This document shows, piece by piece, positions 33,567 through 44,894 of a stretch of DNA of 64,000 nt. Origin of the DNA: Fidelibacterota bacterium (GTDB lineage: Bacteria > Fidelibacterota > Marinisomatia > Marinisomatales > Marinisomataceae). Position numbers and translations under genes: made by a program. The stretch is from contig JBJKZP010000008.1 in assembly GCA_045560235.1 (NCBI GenBank), positions 3,300 through 67,299 of the forward strand. Direction: 5' to 3'. A model generated the notes under the pieces. The model was not told where the DNA came from. It worked only from the letters and a program-made list of their open reading frames with translations, and did no database searches. The first letter of the stretch is position 1, and every line of letters begins with the position of its first letter.

Positions 33567-34808
33567 TTATGGGTGCTGTTTATAAATCACTTTCCCGCCG
33601 TATGTATCATATGCGGAGAAATCGAATTGCTTATTTTTAAGAGAATAGTTGAAAAAATCTAAGACCATAGTATCCATTACGTTGTCTACTATTTTTTTAT
33701 CAACGGGTCCTAAGTTTTTTAGTGGCAAAGAAAGGGGTGCCCCTTGCCTATATATTAATTTCAAATCTGTAAATGTATAATGAAGGCTTTCTTTAATATA
33801 AACCCCATAAGACTCTTTATTGTTCTTGAGCATTTTTTGATAGATGACAAAATTTCTTTTTCCTTCTTCTGAGTCGTTTATATCTCCTGGTATATTATCA
33901 TTTAAAAACTGTTCTTGCCCAATATGCAAAAATGGTTTTCTAGTGTTTGTTACAGCCTCTTTATCTAGCAATCCAAAAAACCAGCCATCAAAAGCTATTC
34001 CTGCTTTTATGTTTTGATCTTTTAGCAAACCAACATATGTTGTTCCTCCCCCCATTGAGTGCCCCATTGCACCAACATTGTCGAAATCTATTATTTTTTT
34101 AAAGGGGTTTTTTTCTCCATCAGAAAACACATCTTTTTTAAGCTGTTTAAGCAAAAACGCTAAATCTTGGTATCTATAATTAATTAATAAGTTTGTATAA
34201 TATTTTTTATGGTATTGTGCTTGTTCGTTCCAACTAACATTTTGTTTATACATAATTTTTTTGCCGTCTTTGTCAAAAGATATGCTTGCGTTGTAAGTGT
34301 GATTACATGCAATAACAACATACCCATTGCTTACCAACTCTTCAATTTGAGATGTGTTTTGATTTAGCAAGCCTCCATCTCCATGAGAAAACAATACTAA
34401 TGGAAATTGTTTGTTTTGAATTGGTGTCAAACCAGATATGCTGTTTGAAACCAGCCTGGTTCCATGATCACCAAAGCTCCTTGGTAGTCCTGCTGTTTTC
34501 ACAATACTGCCGATGGCTTTTTTAGGAAAAGTTACGTGCGCAGCATTTTGGTATCCTTCTCTTTTTTCTACAGGATACCATATTTGAACCATCAACTCTC
34601 TAAGGTCAGTTGGGTCGGTTGTATAAACCTCGCCTCTGCTTGTGTCTGTCCAAAAATATACCTGTGTTCCAACTCCATATTTTCCTTTTGGCGGATCAAT
34701 TGATTCGAGCGGAACCAAAACTGCACCGACCGTCGCACACCCGCAAACGAAGTAGGTTGCAATAAATAATAAAATTTTTAAACTATTCTTTTGGTATAAA
34801 TCTGACAC
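33567..34808 (-). CDS. Alpha/beta hydrolase, PAF-acetylhydrolase-like, probable lipoprotein
   Basis: RELMVQIWYP, PLVLFSHG, nucleophile GHSMGG, FDGW, HYTFTD; start codon uncertain. Confidence 0.85.
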   Translation of the reverse strand: MSDLYQKNSLKILLFIATYFVCGCATVGAVLVPLESIDPPKGKYGVGTQVYFWTDTSRGEVYTTDPTDLRELMVQIWYPVEKREGYQNAAHVTFPKKAIGSIVKTAGLPRSFGDHGTRLVSNSISGLTPIQNKQFPLVLFSHGDGGLLNQNTSQIEELVSNGYVVIACNHTYNASISFDKDGKKIMYKQNVSWNEQAQYHKKYYTNLLINYRYQDLAFLLKQLKKDVFSDGEKNPFKKIIDFDNVGAMGHSMGGGTTYVGLLKDQNIKAGIAFDGWFFGLLDKEAVTNTRKPFLHIGQEQFLNDNIPGDINDSEEGKRNFVIYQKMLKNNKESYGVYIKESLHYTFTDLKLIYRQGAPLSLPLKNLGPVDKKIVDNVMDTMVLDFFNYSLKNKQFDFSAYDTYGGKVIYKQHP

Positions 34809-34833
34809 GGTATAAATTACACTTTATCATTAA

Positions 34834-36131
<1,298 letters not shown>

Positions 36132-36132
<1 letters not shown>

Positions 36133-38459
36133 TGAGCAGCTTCGCTAGTTGGGATACTATTGATTTTTCTTCTAGCAACGATTTTGAGATAGCTAGTCAG
36201 CTCAAGTCTTTAAACATTCCTCTAAGCACCGATGAAGTAAAAAAAATTCAGTTTGAATTTTTAGAAAGACCCGCAACGCTCACAGAGCTAATACTTTTTT
36301 CAATTCAAGGGTCTGAACACAGCTCATACAAAAGCAGTAAAAATCATATCAAACATTTTACCACTGACGGTCGCGATGTTATTTTAGGAGCTAAAGACGA
36401 TGCCGGAGTGGTGTCTCTGGCTGTTGATAAAAACGGAGAAAGGTATGGGCTTGTAGTTAGTCATGAATCACACAACCACCCAAGCCAAATTGTTCCATAT
36501 GAAGGCGCTGCTACTGGAATCGGTGGAAACGTAAGAGACGTTTGTTGTATGGGAGCAGAAGTAATGGCCCTTGGTGACAGCTTGCGTTTTGGCGATATTA
36601 ACAGAAACAAAACCAAGTGGATTTATGATGGGGTTGTTTCTGGCATTGCTGGATATGGAAACCCGCTAGGAATACCAAATATATGTGGTGATTTATATTT
36701 TGATGAAGAATATAATGAAAACTGTCTCGTAACAGTGCTTACTGCAGGAATAGTAAAAGAAAAAAATGTTCTTCGTTCTAGGTCTCCAAAAAATTCGGAG
36801 GGTTACGATTTAATATTGATTGGAAAGCCTACTGACAATAGCGGTTTTGGTGGCGCAAGCTTTGCCTCTCTTGAGCTTGAAGAAGAAAAAAAACAACAAA
36901 ACAAGGGTGCCGTTCAAGAGCCTAATGCCTTTTTAGAAAGACATATTTTAAAATCCACCTACTCTTTGTTTGAGTATTTAGAAGAAAAAAACCTAATAGA
37001 CAAGGTTGGGTTTAAAGACTTGGGCGCTGGCGGCGTTGCCTGTGCAAGCATAGAGCTGGCTGATGCCGCAGGCTTGGGGGCAGAGGTGTGGGTAGATAAA
37101 ATACATACCAGCATGCCAGAACTAGACGGTCACATTATTTTGTGCTCTGAAACCCAAGAGCGGTTTATGTGGTCTTGTCCTCCGACTTTGACACCAAAAA
37201 TATTACAGCACTATAATGAAAAATTTGACTTTCCTAACGTGTCTATGGGCGCCAAAGCAAGCGTGGTTGGTAAAATTGTTAAAGAAAGACACTATACAGT
37301 TTTTTCTGGAAATAAAAAGCTGGTGGATGGCCCTATTGAAAAAATAAATGAAGGGTTTGTTTATGATAGGCCCATGAAGAAAAAAGAGCTTTCAGTTGTT
37401 AGCAACCCTATCCCAAAAAATGTAAATTATAGTGACGTTTTGCTAAAAATTTTAAGCCATGAAAACGTTGCTTCTCGAGAGTCAGTTTATGAATGTTATG
37501 ATAAAAATGTTCAAGGAAGGGTTTTGCTTGAAAGAGGCCAATCAAATGCAGGTGTTATAGCTCCTTTTGATTCAGAAAAATTTCCTAAAGAAATAAAGGG
37601 GGATTGTTTTTCTGCAACCCTTGCTCACAATCCATCTCTTGGAAAAATTGATCCTTTTTTAGTTGCTCAATATGCACTGCTTGAAGCTTGTGCCCGCACT
37701 GTATCGGTTGGCGCTGTGCCAATAGCCATTACAGATTGTCTTTGTTTTGGAAACCCTGAAAAACCAGAACAAATGTGGCAGTTTGCTCAAAGCTGTCTTT
37801 CTATTCAAGAGGCCTGTGATCAGTTGAGGTTTAGCGATCTTAACAACCTCCCGATTGTTGCAGGCAATGTCAGTTTTTATAATCAAAGCGGCAATAAGGC
37901 TGTCCCTGCTAGCCCCGTGATTGGTTGTTTTGGTAAAACAACAAAAAAGAGCTTGTTAAACAACAACTTTCAACACAAAAATTCTGTTATTTATCATGTT
38001 GGCTCTCAACATTCTATGTTAGGTGGTAGCTTGGTCTGCAAAATTGTGGGGGTCGAAAATACCAAAATTGGTAAAATCGATGTTTCTAAGTATAGCGACA
38101 CCCTAAATACGCTTTTGGAAGCAAATGCTCTATCTCTGTTAGAGTCTTGTAGTTATTCTGGGCTGGGAGGTTTGGCGGCAACCGTTTCAAAAATGTGTTT
38201 TAAAAATTCAATTGGGTGCTTGGTTAAGCCTATTAAAAAGGAACTGCTTTTTAGCGAAAATTTATCATTTATTGTAGAAGTTAAACAGCAAAACTCGTTG
38301 CGCTTTCAGCAAGTATTAGAAAAAAACAATGTTTCTTTTAATAAAATTGGGGCAACCAACAATGCAAACAAAATTATCTTTGATGGATATATTGACATCG
38401 AAGTATGCTCAACAAAAAGTATTTGGAAAAACTCGTTAAGGGAAAGGCTTCAACAATGA
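36132..38459 (+). CDS. purL: FGAM synthase subunit II (small PurL)
   Basis: SEHSSYKSS, ESHNHPS, GAATGIGG..RD, DLGAGG, SETQER, DCLCFGNPE, GNVSFYN. Confidence 0.97.
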
Positions 38460-39502
38460 AGAAAAAAATTACTTATAAAGACGCTGGAGTTGATATTGCA
38501 AAAGCTGACGATGTCATTTCTATGTCAAAAAACAAAATTCAAGAAACGTTCAATAAGAATGTGTTATCTTCAATTGGGGGGTTTGGTTCAATGTATTCGC
38601 TCAAAGATATGCTTAAAGAATTTAGGGATCCTGTTTTAGTACAAAGCATTGATGGGGTTGGAACAAAAATGGCTGTTGCTCAAAAAGCAAACAACTTTAA
38701 ATATATTGGACACGATCTTGTAAGCGCATGTTGCAATGATGTTGCTGCTACAGGCGCAAAACCACTAACCTTTCTTGACTATGTTGCTGGTAGCAGTCTA
38801 GAAAAAAGGGTTGTTGCAGAAATAATTAAAAGCGTTGCTGTGGAGTGTAAAAAACATGGTGTTGCTCTTGTTGGCGGCGAAACGGCAGAAATGCCTGGCA
38901 CCTATCATGCCAACGAATATGATTTAGTGGGCATAGCAACGGGGATTGTTGAAAAAGAAAAAATTATAGACGGCTCTAGGGTTCAAGATGGCGATATTGC
39001 TATCGGCGTTCATTCAAATGGGCTCCATACCAACGGATATTCTCTTGCGCGCAAACTAATTTTTGAGTCAATGGGTCTCTCGGTTGATGATTTTTTGCCA
39101 GGACACACCACAACGGTTGGCAATTGTTTGTTAGCTCCTCATACAAATTATAGCACACTCATTGAAGGTTTTGTACAAAACAGCGTTGATATCAAAAGCC
39201 TTGCCCATATTACCGGAGGAGGCCTGGTAGATAATGTTCCGCGCGTGTTACCTAAAAACCTTTCTCTAGATGTAAATATTAATTCTTGGAAAAAAATTCC
39301 GGTTTTTGAATTTTTAAGCGACTCTCTTGATATTAATAAAGAAGATCTATATCAAACATTCAACATGGGTATTGGGTTGGTTATAATGGTAAGCCCAAAT
39401 GAAAAAGATCGTGTTGTGAGCTTGCTAGGAGCGGGTAGTTGTACAGAAATTGGCGTAGCTATTAAAGATGAATCAAACTCTGTATTTTTAAATGAAAAAT
39501 AA
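38456..39502 (+). CDS. purM: AIR synthetase
   Basis: TYKDAGVDI, DGVGTK, GGETAEMPG, SNGLHTNGYSL, HITGGG, FNMGIG; ATGA overlap with purL. Confidence 0.98.
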   Translation: MKKKITYKDAGVDIAKADDVISMSKNKIQETFNKNVLSSIGGFGSMYSLKDMLKEFRDPVLVQSIDGVGTKMAVAQKANNFKYIGHDLVSACCNDVAATGAKPLTFLDYVAGSSLEKRVVAEIIKSVAVECKKHGVALVGGETAEMPGTYHANEYDLVGIATGIVEKEKIIDGSRVQDGDIAIGVHSNGLHTNGYSLARKLIFESMGLSVDDFLPGHTTTVGNCLLAPHTNYSTLIEGFVQNSVDIKSLAHITGGGLVDNVPRVLPKNLSLDVNINSWKKIPVFEFLSDSLDINKEDLYQTFNMGIGLVIMVSPNEKDRVVSLLGAGSCTEIGVAIKDESNSVFLNEK

Positions 39503-40739
39503 TTCAATAGCATATATTCAGTTTCCGGGATCTAATACAGAAAACGAAACTGTTAACACTCTAAAGAGGTGTGGTTTTGATCCTAAGCCTCATTTTTGGA
39601 ACGACCGCTCTTGTTTGTTAGAAGATTATGCAGGATATGTTATTCTGGGGGGGTTTTCTTTTGAAGATCGGTCTCGATCGGGCATAATTGCCTCTCTTGA
39701 GCCTGTTGTTAATAAAATTAAGGCACAGGCCTTGTTGGGAAAGCCGGTTCTAGGTATTTGCAATGGTGCTCAAATATTAGTTGAGTCTGGAATGATTCCT
39801 GGAAACGAAGGCTTTAACACGGTTCTAGCTTTAGCGGATAACAAGCGCGCGGTTGGCGAGAAAATTGTTGGCACCGGATACTACAACACATGGTGTTATA
39901 TTAAACCAAATTTGATCGCTAAATCTGCTTTTGTTAAAAAGAGCGGTGGTGTTTTGCGTGTTCCAATTGCTCACGCCGAAGGAAGATTTGTTGTTGATAA
40001 AAACATGCGGGGGCTTGTAGAGGAAAAAAATCTTATAACCTATCAGTATTGCGACAAAAACGGTGAAGTATCAAAAAATTTTCCGACAAACCCAAACAGC
40101 TCTTTTAACAGTGCAGCCGCCATAAGCAACGTGTCGGGCAATGTAATGGCCATGATGCCTCACCCGGAAAGATCTGTTTCTGGGGAGGCAGACGACATCT
40201 TTAAAAGCATGAAAGAGTATATCCAGTCTGACAGCCCTTTTAGCTATCAAGCCTTGCACTACAATGCAAAAAAAATTGAGGTTAAAAATTTTGAGAAAAA
40301 CAACAATGCCGAAATTTTGGTTTCCACAATCATTGCGGATAACGAGGCAATTTCTGTTGAAAGATGTATAAACAAGCTTGGTTTTGATGTCAAAATTAGT
40401 AAATATGTCCATTACGAAATATCGGCAAAAAACAATTTTGACCTTAGCGAGGTTTTAAAAACGGACGTTCTTTTAAATCCTAGCAAAGAATATGTAACAA
40501 CTATAAAAAAAAATGAGAAAAGCTTTAGGTTTATTGTAAGAAATCTTGACGACATTCACGGACAAAGCTTGCTACAAACGCTAAAACAGCGTTTTGGGTT
40601 TAAAGATCTGCAGTCTGTTAACAGGGGCGTTGTTTGGGAAATCAATATTAATTCAAATTCCCCTAAAAAAGACGTGGATTTAATCCTAAATAGTCATATT
40701 TTTTCTAACCCTGTTTCACAGGTGTGTCATGAATATTGA
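39492..40739 (+). CDS. purQ: FGAM synthase glutaminase PurQ with two C-terminal PurS-like domains
   Basis: FPGSN, GGFSFED, LGICNGAQ, PIAHAEG, MMPHPER; ~150 aa extension with two PurS-like repeats ending LLNPSKE and FSNPVSQ. Confidence 0.92.
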   Translation: MKNNSIAYIQFPGSNTENETVNTLKRCGFDPKPHFWNDRSCLLEDYAGYVILGGFSFEDRSRSGIIASLEPVVNKIKAQALLGKPVLGICNGAQILVESGMIPGNEGFNTVLALADNKRAVGEKIVGTGYYNTWCYIKPNLIAKSAFVKKSGGVLRVPIAHAEGRFVVDKNMRGLVEEKNLITYQYCDKNGEVSKNFPTNPNSSFNSAAAISNVSGNVMAMMPHPERSVSGEADDIFKSMKEYIQSDSPFSYQALHYNAKKIEVKNFEKNNNAEILVSTIIADNEAISVERCINKLGFDVKISKYVHYEISAKNNFDLSEVLKTDVLLNPSKEYVTTIKKNEKSFRFIVRNLDDIHGQSLLQTLKQRFGFKDLQSVNRGVVWEININSNSPKKDVDLILNSHIFSNPVSQVCHEY

Positions 40740-41703
40740 CAAGAAATATTATCAGGAAATTAACGAAAACCTGAATAATACAATTCAGGATACCACCATT
40801 GACGCCCCAAATAAAAAAGTTGGCAAGGTGCGTGATGCATATTTTTTTGATAAAAAAGTAGCAATGATTTCTACAGACAGGCAAAGCGCCTTTGATCGCG
40901 TTTTGGCTGCCATTCCCTATAAGGGGGCCGTGCTTAATTCTGTTAGCGCTTGGTGGTTTAAAAAAACCGAAAATCTTTTTCCAAACCATCTAATTTCAAC
41001 ACCAGATCCAAACGTTTCTATTGTAGAAAAATGTGATGTTTTTCAGGTTGAGTTTGTTGTTAGGGGTTATATCACAGGAACAACTGACACCTCCTTGTGG
41101 ACCGTCTACAATAGAGGGGATCGCGAATATTGTGGGAATGTTCTTCCTGAAGGGTTAAAGAAAAACGACAAGCTGGGTGTGCCGATGTTAACACCAACCA
41201 CAAAAGATAAAATTCATGATAGGCCTGTTTCTAGAGAGGAGATAATTGAGCTGGGCTTAATGACGGCAGAAGACTATGACCATGCAGCCAAAATGAGCTT
41301 AGAACTTTTTGCGTTTGGACAGAAAACGGCAAAAGAAAATGGATTAATTTTAGTTGACACAAAATATGAGGTTGGTCGCGGAGAAGATGGTATAATTAAA
41401 TTTGTTGACGAAATTCACACTCCAGACTCAAGCAGATTTTGGATTGGTGACTCATACAAACAAAGAATTGCAAACGGCCAAGAGCCTGAAAATATTGATA
41501 AAGAATTTTTACGTCTTTGGTTTACAAAAAACTGTGACCCCTACAATGACGATGTTCTTCCCGACGCTCCCGGCGAGCTTGTAGCAGAGCTTTCTGCAAG
41601 ATATATATTGCTGTACGAATTAATTACTGGAGAAAAATTTATTTTTCCAAACCTTATCAATATAAATGAACGAATTACAAAAAACATAAAGGAAATACTA
41701 TGA
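40729..41703 (+). CDS. purC: SAICAR synthetase, long (Ade1/plant-like) type
   Basis: GKVRDAY, TDRQSAFD, EFVVRGYITG, TPTTK, LVDTKYE, DEIHTPDSSRFW, DKEFLR. Confidence 0.97.
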   Translation: MNIDKKYYQEINENLNNTIQDTTIDAPNKKVGKVRDAYFFDKKVAMISTDRQSAFDRVLAAIPYKGAVLNSVSAWWFKKTENLFPNHLISTPDPNVSIVEKCDVFQVEFVVRGYITGTTDTSLWTVYNRGDREYCGNVLPEGLKKNDKLGVPMLTPTTKDKIHDRPVSREEIIELGLMTAEDYDHAAKMSLELFAFGQKTAKENGLILVDTKYEVGRGEDGIIKFVDEIHTPDSSRFWIGDSYKQRIANGQEPENIDKEFLRLWFTKNCDPYNDDVLPDAPGELVAELSARYILLYELITGEKFIFPNLININERITKNIKEIL

Positions 41704-42095
41704 AAGCCATTATAATAATGGGCTCAACCTCTGATCAGAGCCATGCAGATAAAATTACTACTGTTTTGGATGATTTGGGCGTCAGGCATGAAGTTCATGC
41801 TGCTTCGGCTCATAAAAACCCAGAAAGGGTTTTGAAAATTATTAGAGCTGTGAAGAAAGAAGACCTTGCTGTCTTTGTTACTATTGCGGGCAGATCAAAC
41901 GCCCTGTCGGGGTTTGTTGCCGCCAACTGCAACAAGCCAACCATTGGCTGTCCTCCCTTTAAAGACAAGGTTGATATGAGCATTAATATTCATTCAACGC
42001 TACAAATGCCTAGCAAAACCCCAGTTCTTACGGTTCTTGATCCTGGTAATTGTGCAATTGCGGTTCACAGGATTTTAAACCTCGGTTCAGTGTGA
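41700..42095 (+). CDS. purE: AIR carboxylase, class II-like PurE
   Basis: IIMGSTSD, SAHK, IAGRSNALSG, STLQMPS. Confidence 0.92.
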   Translation: MKAIIIMGSTSDQSHADKITTVLDDLGVRHEVHAASAHKNPERVLKIIRAVKKEDLAVFVTIAGRSNALSGFVAANCNKPTIGCPPFKDKVDMSINIHSTLQMPSKTPVLTVLDPGNCAIAVHRILNLGSV

Positions 42096-43441
42096 GTAGC
42101 ATTTCTCCAATTGATGGGAGATACAAAAAAACCGTTTCTGAGTTAGACGCGTTTTTTTCAGAGCAAGCTTTAATGCGCTACAGGGTCTTGGTTGAAACCA
42201 AATACCTGTTTGCTCTTTTAAATCATAGGTCGTTTGAAAACAACAAGCCCTTAAGAAAAAAAGATATCAATTTTTTGTCTGATCTTTATGAAAACTTTTC
42301 TCCTAGAGACTTTAACCAAATAAAGCGTGTTGAATCTAAAACAAAACACGATGTAAACGCCGTTGTTGAGTTTGTGTCTCAAAAACTTATATCAATTGGA
42401 AGAGGGGATCTTTGTCCGCTGGTACACTTCGGGCTCACCTCAGAAGATATTAATAACGTTTCTTATTCTTTAATGGTTAGAGATGCTACAAAAAAAATCA
42501 TGCTACCCAACATTAAAGCTGTTTTAAAAGAGCTAAAAAAGGTTGCAAAAAAAACATCTACTATGCCCCTTCTTTCTTTAACTCACGGGCAGCCAGCTAC
42601 AACCACAACGCTTGGCAAAGAACTTTTTGTGTTTATTTCTCGCGCCGAAAGACAGGTTGATTATATAAGAAATGTTTCTTTTTTGGCAAAACTATCTGGA
42701 GCAACCGGAACATATGCTGCGCACTCTATAGCCTTTCCAGAGGTTTCCTGGGGCGCTTTTTCTAAAAAGTTTATTAAAAGTTTGGGCTTAGAACAAAACC
42801 CTATAACAACACAGGTTGAGCCTGGAGATTCGTTGGCTGAGCTGCTTCATGTCTTTGTACGGCTTAACAACATTTTTGCAGACTTTTCTGTCGACATGTG
42901 GCTATATATAAGTAGAAATATTTTTATTCAAAAAAATAGGTTGGGCGAAGTTGGTTCTAGCACAATGCCGCACAAAATTAATCCTATCTTTTTTGAAAAC
43001 GCAGAGGGAAATCTAGACGTTGCTAATAACAACTTTACCTTTCTTGCGTCCAGAATTACCAGGTCGCGAATGCAAAGAGATCTAAGCGGTAGCACCGTTT
43101 TTAGAAACATTGGTGTTGGGTTTGCTCACTCTCTTCTTTCTTATAAAAACCTTGTTAATGGCATATCTCGTTTGGCCCCAAATAAAAAACAAGCCGCAAA
43201 AGAGCTTGAAAACAATTGGAGCGTTTTAGCCGAAGCCGTACAAACCGTCCTTAGAAAGTCTGGTGATGCCTCTGCTTATAATAAAATTAAAAAACTTACT
43301 CGCGGCAAACCCTTAAATCAAAACTCCTATGTCAAAATGATTAATGCTCTCGATCTAAAAAAGAGAGACAGGGATGTTTTGCTGTCTTTAATGCCGTCTT
43401 TATATTTGGGTGAAGTTGCTAAAATTTTAAAGGACCTATAA
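42092..43441 (+). CDS. purB: Adenylosuccinate lyase
   Basis: SPIDGRY, HDV, TSEDINN, THGQPA, GSSTMPHKINP; GTG start overlapping purE stop (GTGA). Confidence 0.97.
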   Translation: MSSISPIDGRYKKTVSELDAFFSEQALMRYRVLVETKYLFALLNHRSFENNKPLRKKDINFLSDLYENFSPRDFNQIKRVESKTKHDVNAVVEFVSQKLISIGRGDLCPLVHFGLTSEDINNVSYSLMVRDATKKIMLPNIKAVLKELKKVAKKTSTMPLLSLTHGQPATTTTLGKELFVFISRAERQVDYIRNVSFLAKLSGATGTYAAHSIAFPEVSWGAFSKKFIKSLGLEQNPITTQVEPGDSLAELLHVFVRLNNIFADFSVDMWLYISRNIFIQKNRLGEVGSSTMPHKINPIFFENAEGNLDVANNNFTFLASRITRSRMQRDLSGSTVFRNIGVGFAHSLLSYKNLVNGISRLAPNKKQAAKELENNWSVLAEAVQTVLRKSGDASAYNKIKKLTRGKPLNQNSYVKMINALDLKKRDRDVLLSLMPSLYLGEVAKILKDL

Positions 43442-43442
43442 T

Positions 43443-44894
43443 ATGTGTGGTATTATTGGTCTATATCATCCTGAAAAAAGCGTTACCGGTGAAATTTATG
43501 ATGCGCTCATTCAGGTTCAACACCGCGGACAAGACGCTGCTGGCATAGCTACGTGGGACAACAATAAGCTGTCTATGCACAAAGAGCTGGGGGTTGTAAC
43601 GGAGGTTTTTAAAACCAATGAATCATTAAGTCTTGATGGAAACATTGGAATTGGCCACGTACGATATCCAACGGCGGGCTGCTCAGATGTTTCTGAAGCT
43701 CAGCCATTTTACTCTACAAACCCCGTAACTGTTGCTCTAGCTCACAACGGAACCCTTACAAACAGTGAGAGTATGAGGAATTTTTTGTTAGAAACGCATT
43801 TTTGCCAATTTAACACCAAATCAGATTCCGAGGTTTTGTTAAACCTTTTTGCTTTTGAACTTTCTCAAACAAAATTTGATGTCCTTAAAAATGAACATGT
43901 TTTCGCTGCGCTCAAAAAAGTTTATTCACGATGTGAGGGGGGCTTTGCTGTAACTATGATTGTTGGCGGCGTTGGTCTTGTTGCCTTTAGAGACCATAAC
44001 GGCATACGCCCTTTGGTTTTAGGAAAAAACGGTGGGGGCTCTCGCATGGTTGCCTCAGAAAGCTCGGCTCTTAGCGCGCTTGGCTATACCTTTGAAAGAG
44101 ATGTTGCCCCCGGTGAGGCTATAATCATATCTGAAAGCGGGGGTCTTGACAGCTCTGTTTGTTCTTCTAAAACTAGCCACTCCCCGTGTTTGTTTGAGTT
44201 TGTATACTTTTCTAGGCCCGACTCTGTTATTGATTCAATTTCGGTTCATAAGTCTAGGTTGAGGATGGGAGACTACTTGGGCAAAAAAATTTTAAAAGAG
44301 TTCTCGCATCTTGAAATAGATGCTGTGATTCCTGTTCCAGACACCAGCAGAACCTCTGCAATGCAGGTTGCGCACAAGCTTGGAATAAAATACAGGGAGG
44401 GTTTTATTAAAAACAGATATATAGGAAGAACTTTTATTATGCCCGGACAAAGCATTAGAAAAAGATCTGTTGCCCACAAGCTAAGCCCAATTGAAATTGA
44501 GTTTAAGAATAAAAGCGTATTATTGGTTGACGACTCAATTGTAAGGGGCAACACTTCCAAAAAAATTGTGGAGATGGTTAGAAAAAATGGTGCAAAAAGC
44601 GTTTACTTTGCCTCTGCCGCTCCTCCCGTCAGACATCAAAACGTATATGGAATAGACATGCCTGCAACAAAAGAGCTTGTAGCTCACGGAAGAAGCGTTG
44701 AACAAATTAAAAACTTTATTGGTGCAGATGAGCTCATTTACCAAGACATTGAAGACCTGAGAATGGCGGCTCATGTCGGAAATCCAAAGATTACAAAGTT
44801 TGAAGATTCTGTGTTCACGGGGGAATATTGTGCCGGTGAAATCTCGGAAGATTATTTGCAAAAACTTGAAAACAGCCGTACGCGCAAACAATGA
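43443..44894 (+). CDS. purF: Amidophosphoribosyltransferase (E. coli-like, no propeptide)
   Basis: MCGIIG, QHRGQDAAG, GHVRYPTAG, VLLVDDSIVRGNTS, YGIDM. Confidence 0.98.
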   Translation: MCGIIGLYHPEKSVTGEIYDALIQVQHRGQDAAGIATWDNNKLSMHKELGVVTEVFKTNESLSLDGNIGIGHVRYPTAGCSDVSEAQPFYSTNPVTVALAHNGTLTNSESMRNFLLETHFCQFNTKSDSEVLLNLFAFELSQTKFDVLKNEHVFAALKKVYSRCEGGFAVTMIVGGVGLVAFRDHNGIRPLVLGKNGGGSRMVASESSALSALGYTFERDVAPGEAIIISESGGLDSSVCSSKTSHSPCLFEFVYFSRPDSVIDSISVHKSRLRMGDYLGKKILKEFSHLEIDAVIPVPDTSRTSAMQVAHKLGIKYREGFIKNRYIGRTFIMPGQSIRKRSVAHKLSPIEIEFKNKSVLLVDDSIVRGNTSKKIVEMVRKNGAKSVYFASAAPPVRHQNVYGIDMPATKELVAHGRSVEQIKNFIGADELIYQDIEDLRMAAHVGNPKITKFEDSVFTGEYCAGEISEDYLQKLENSRTRKQ

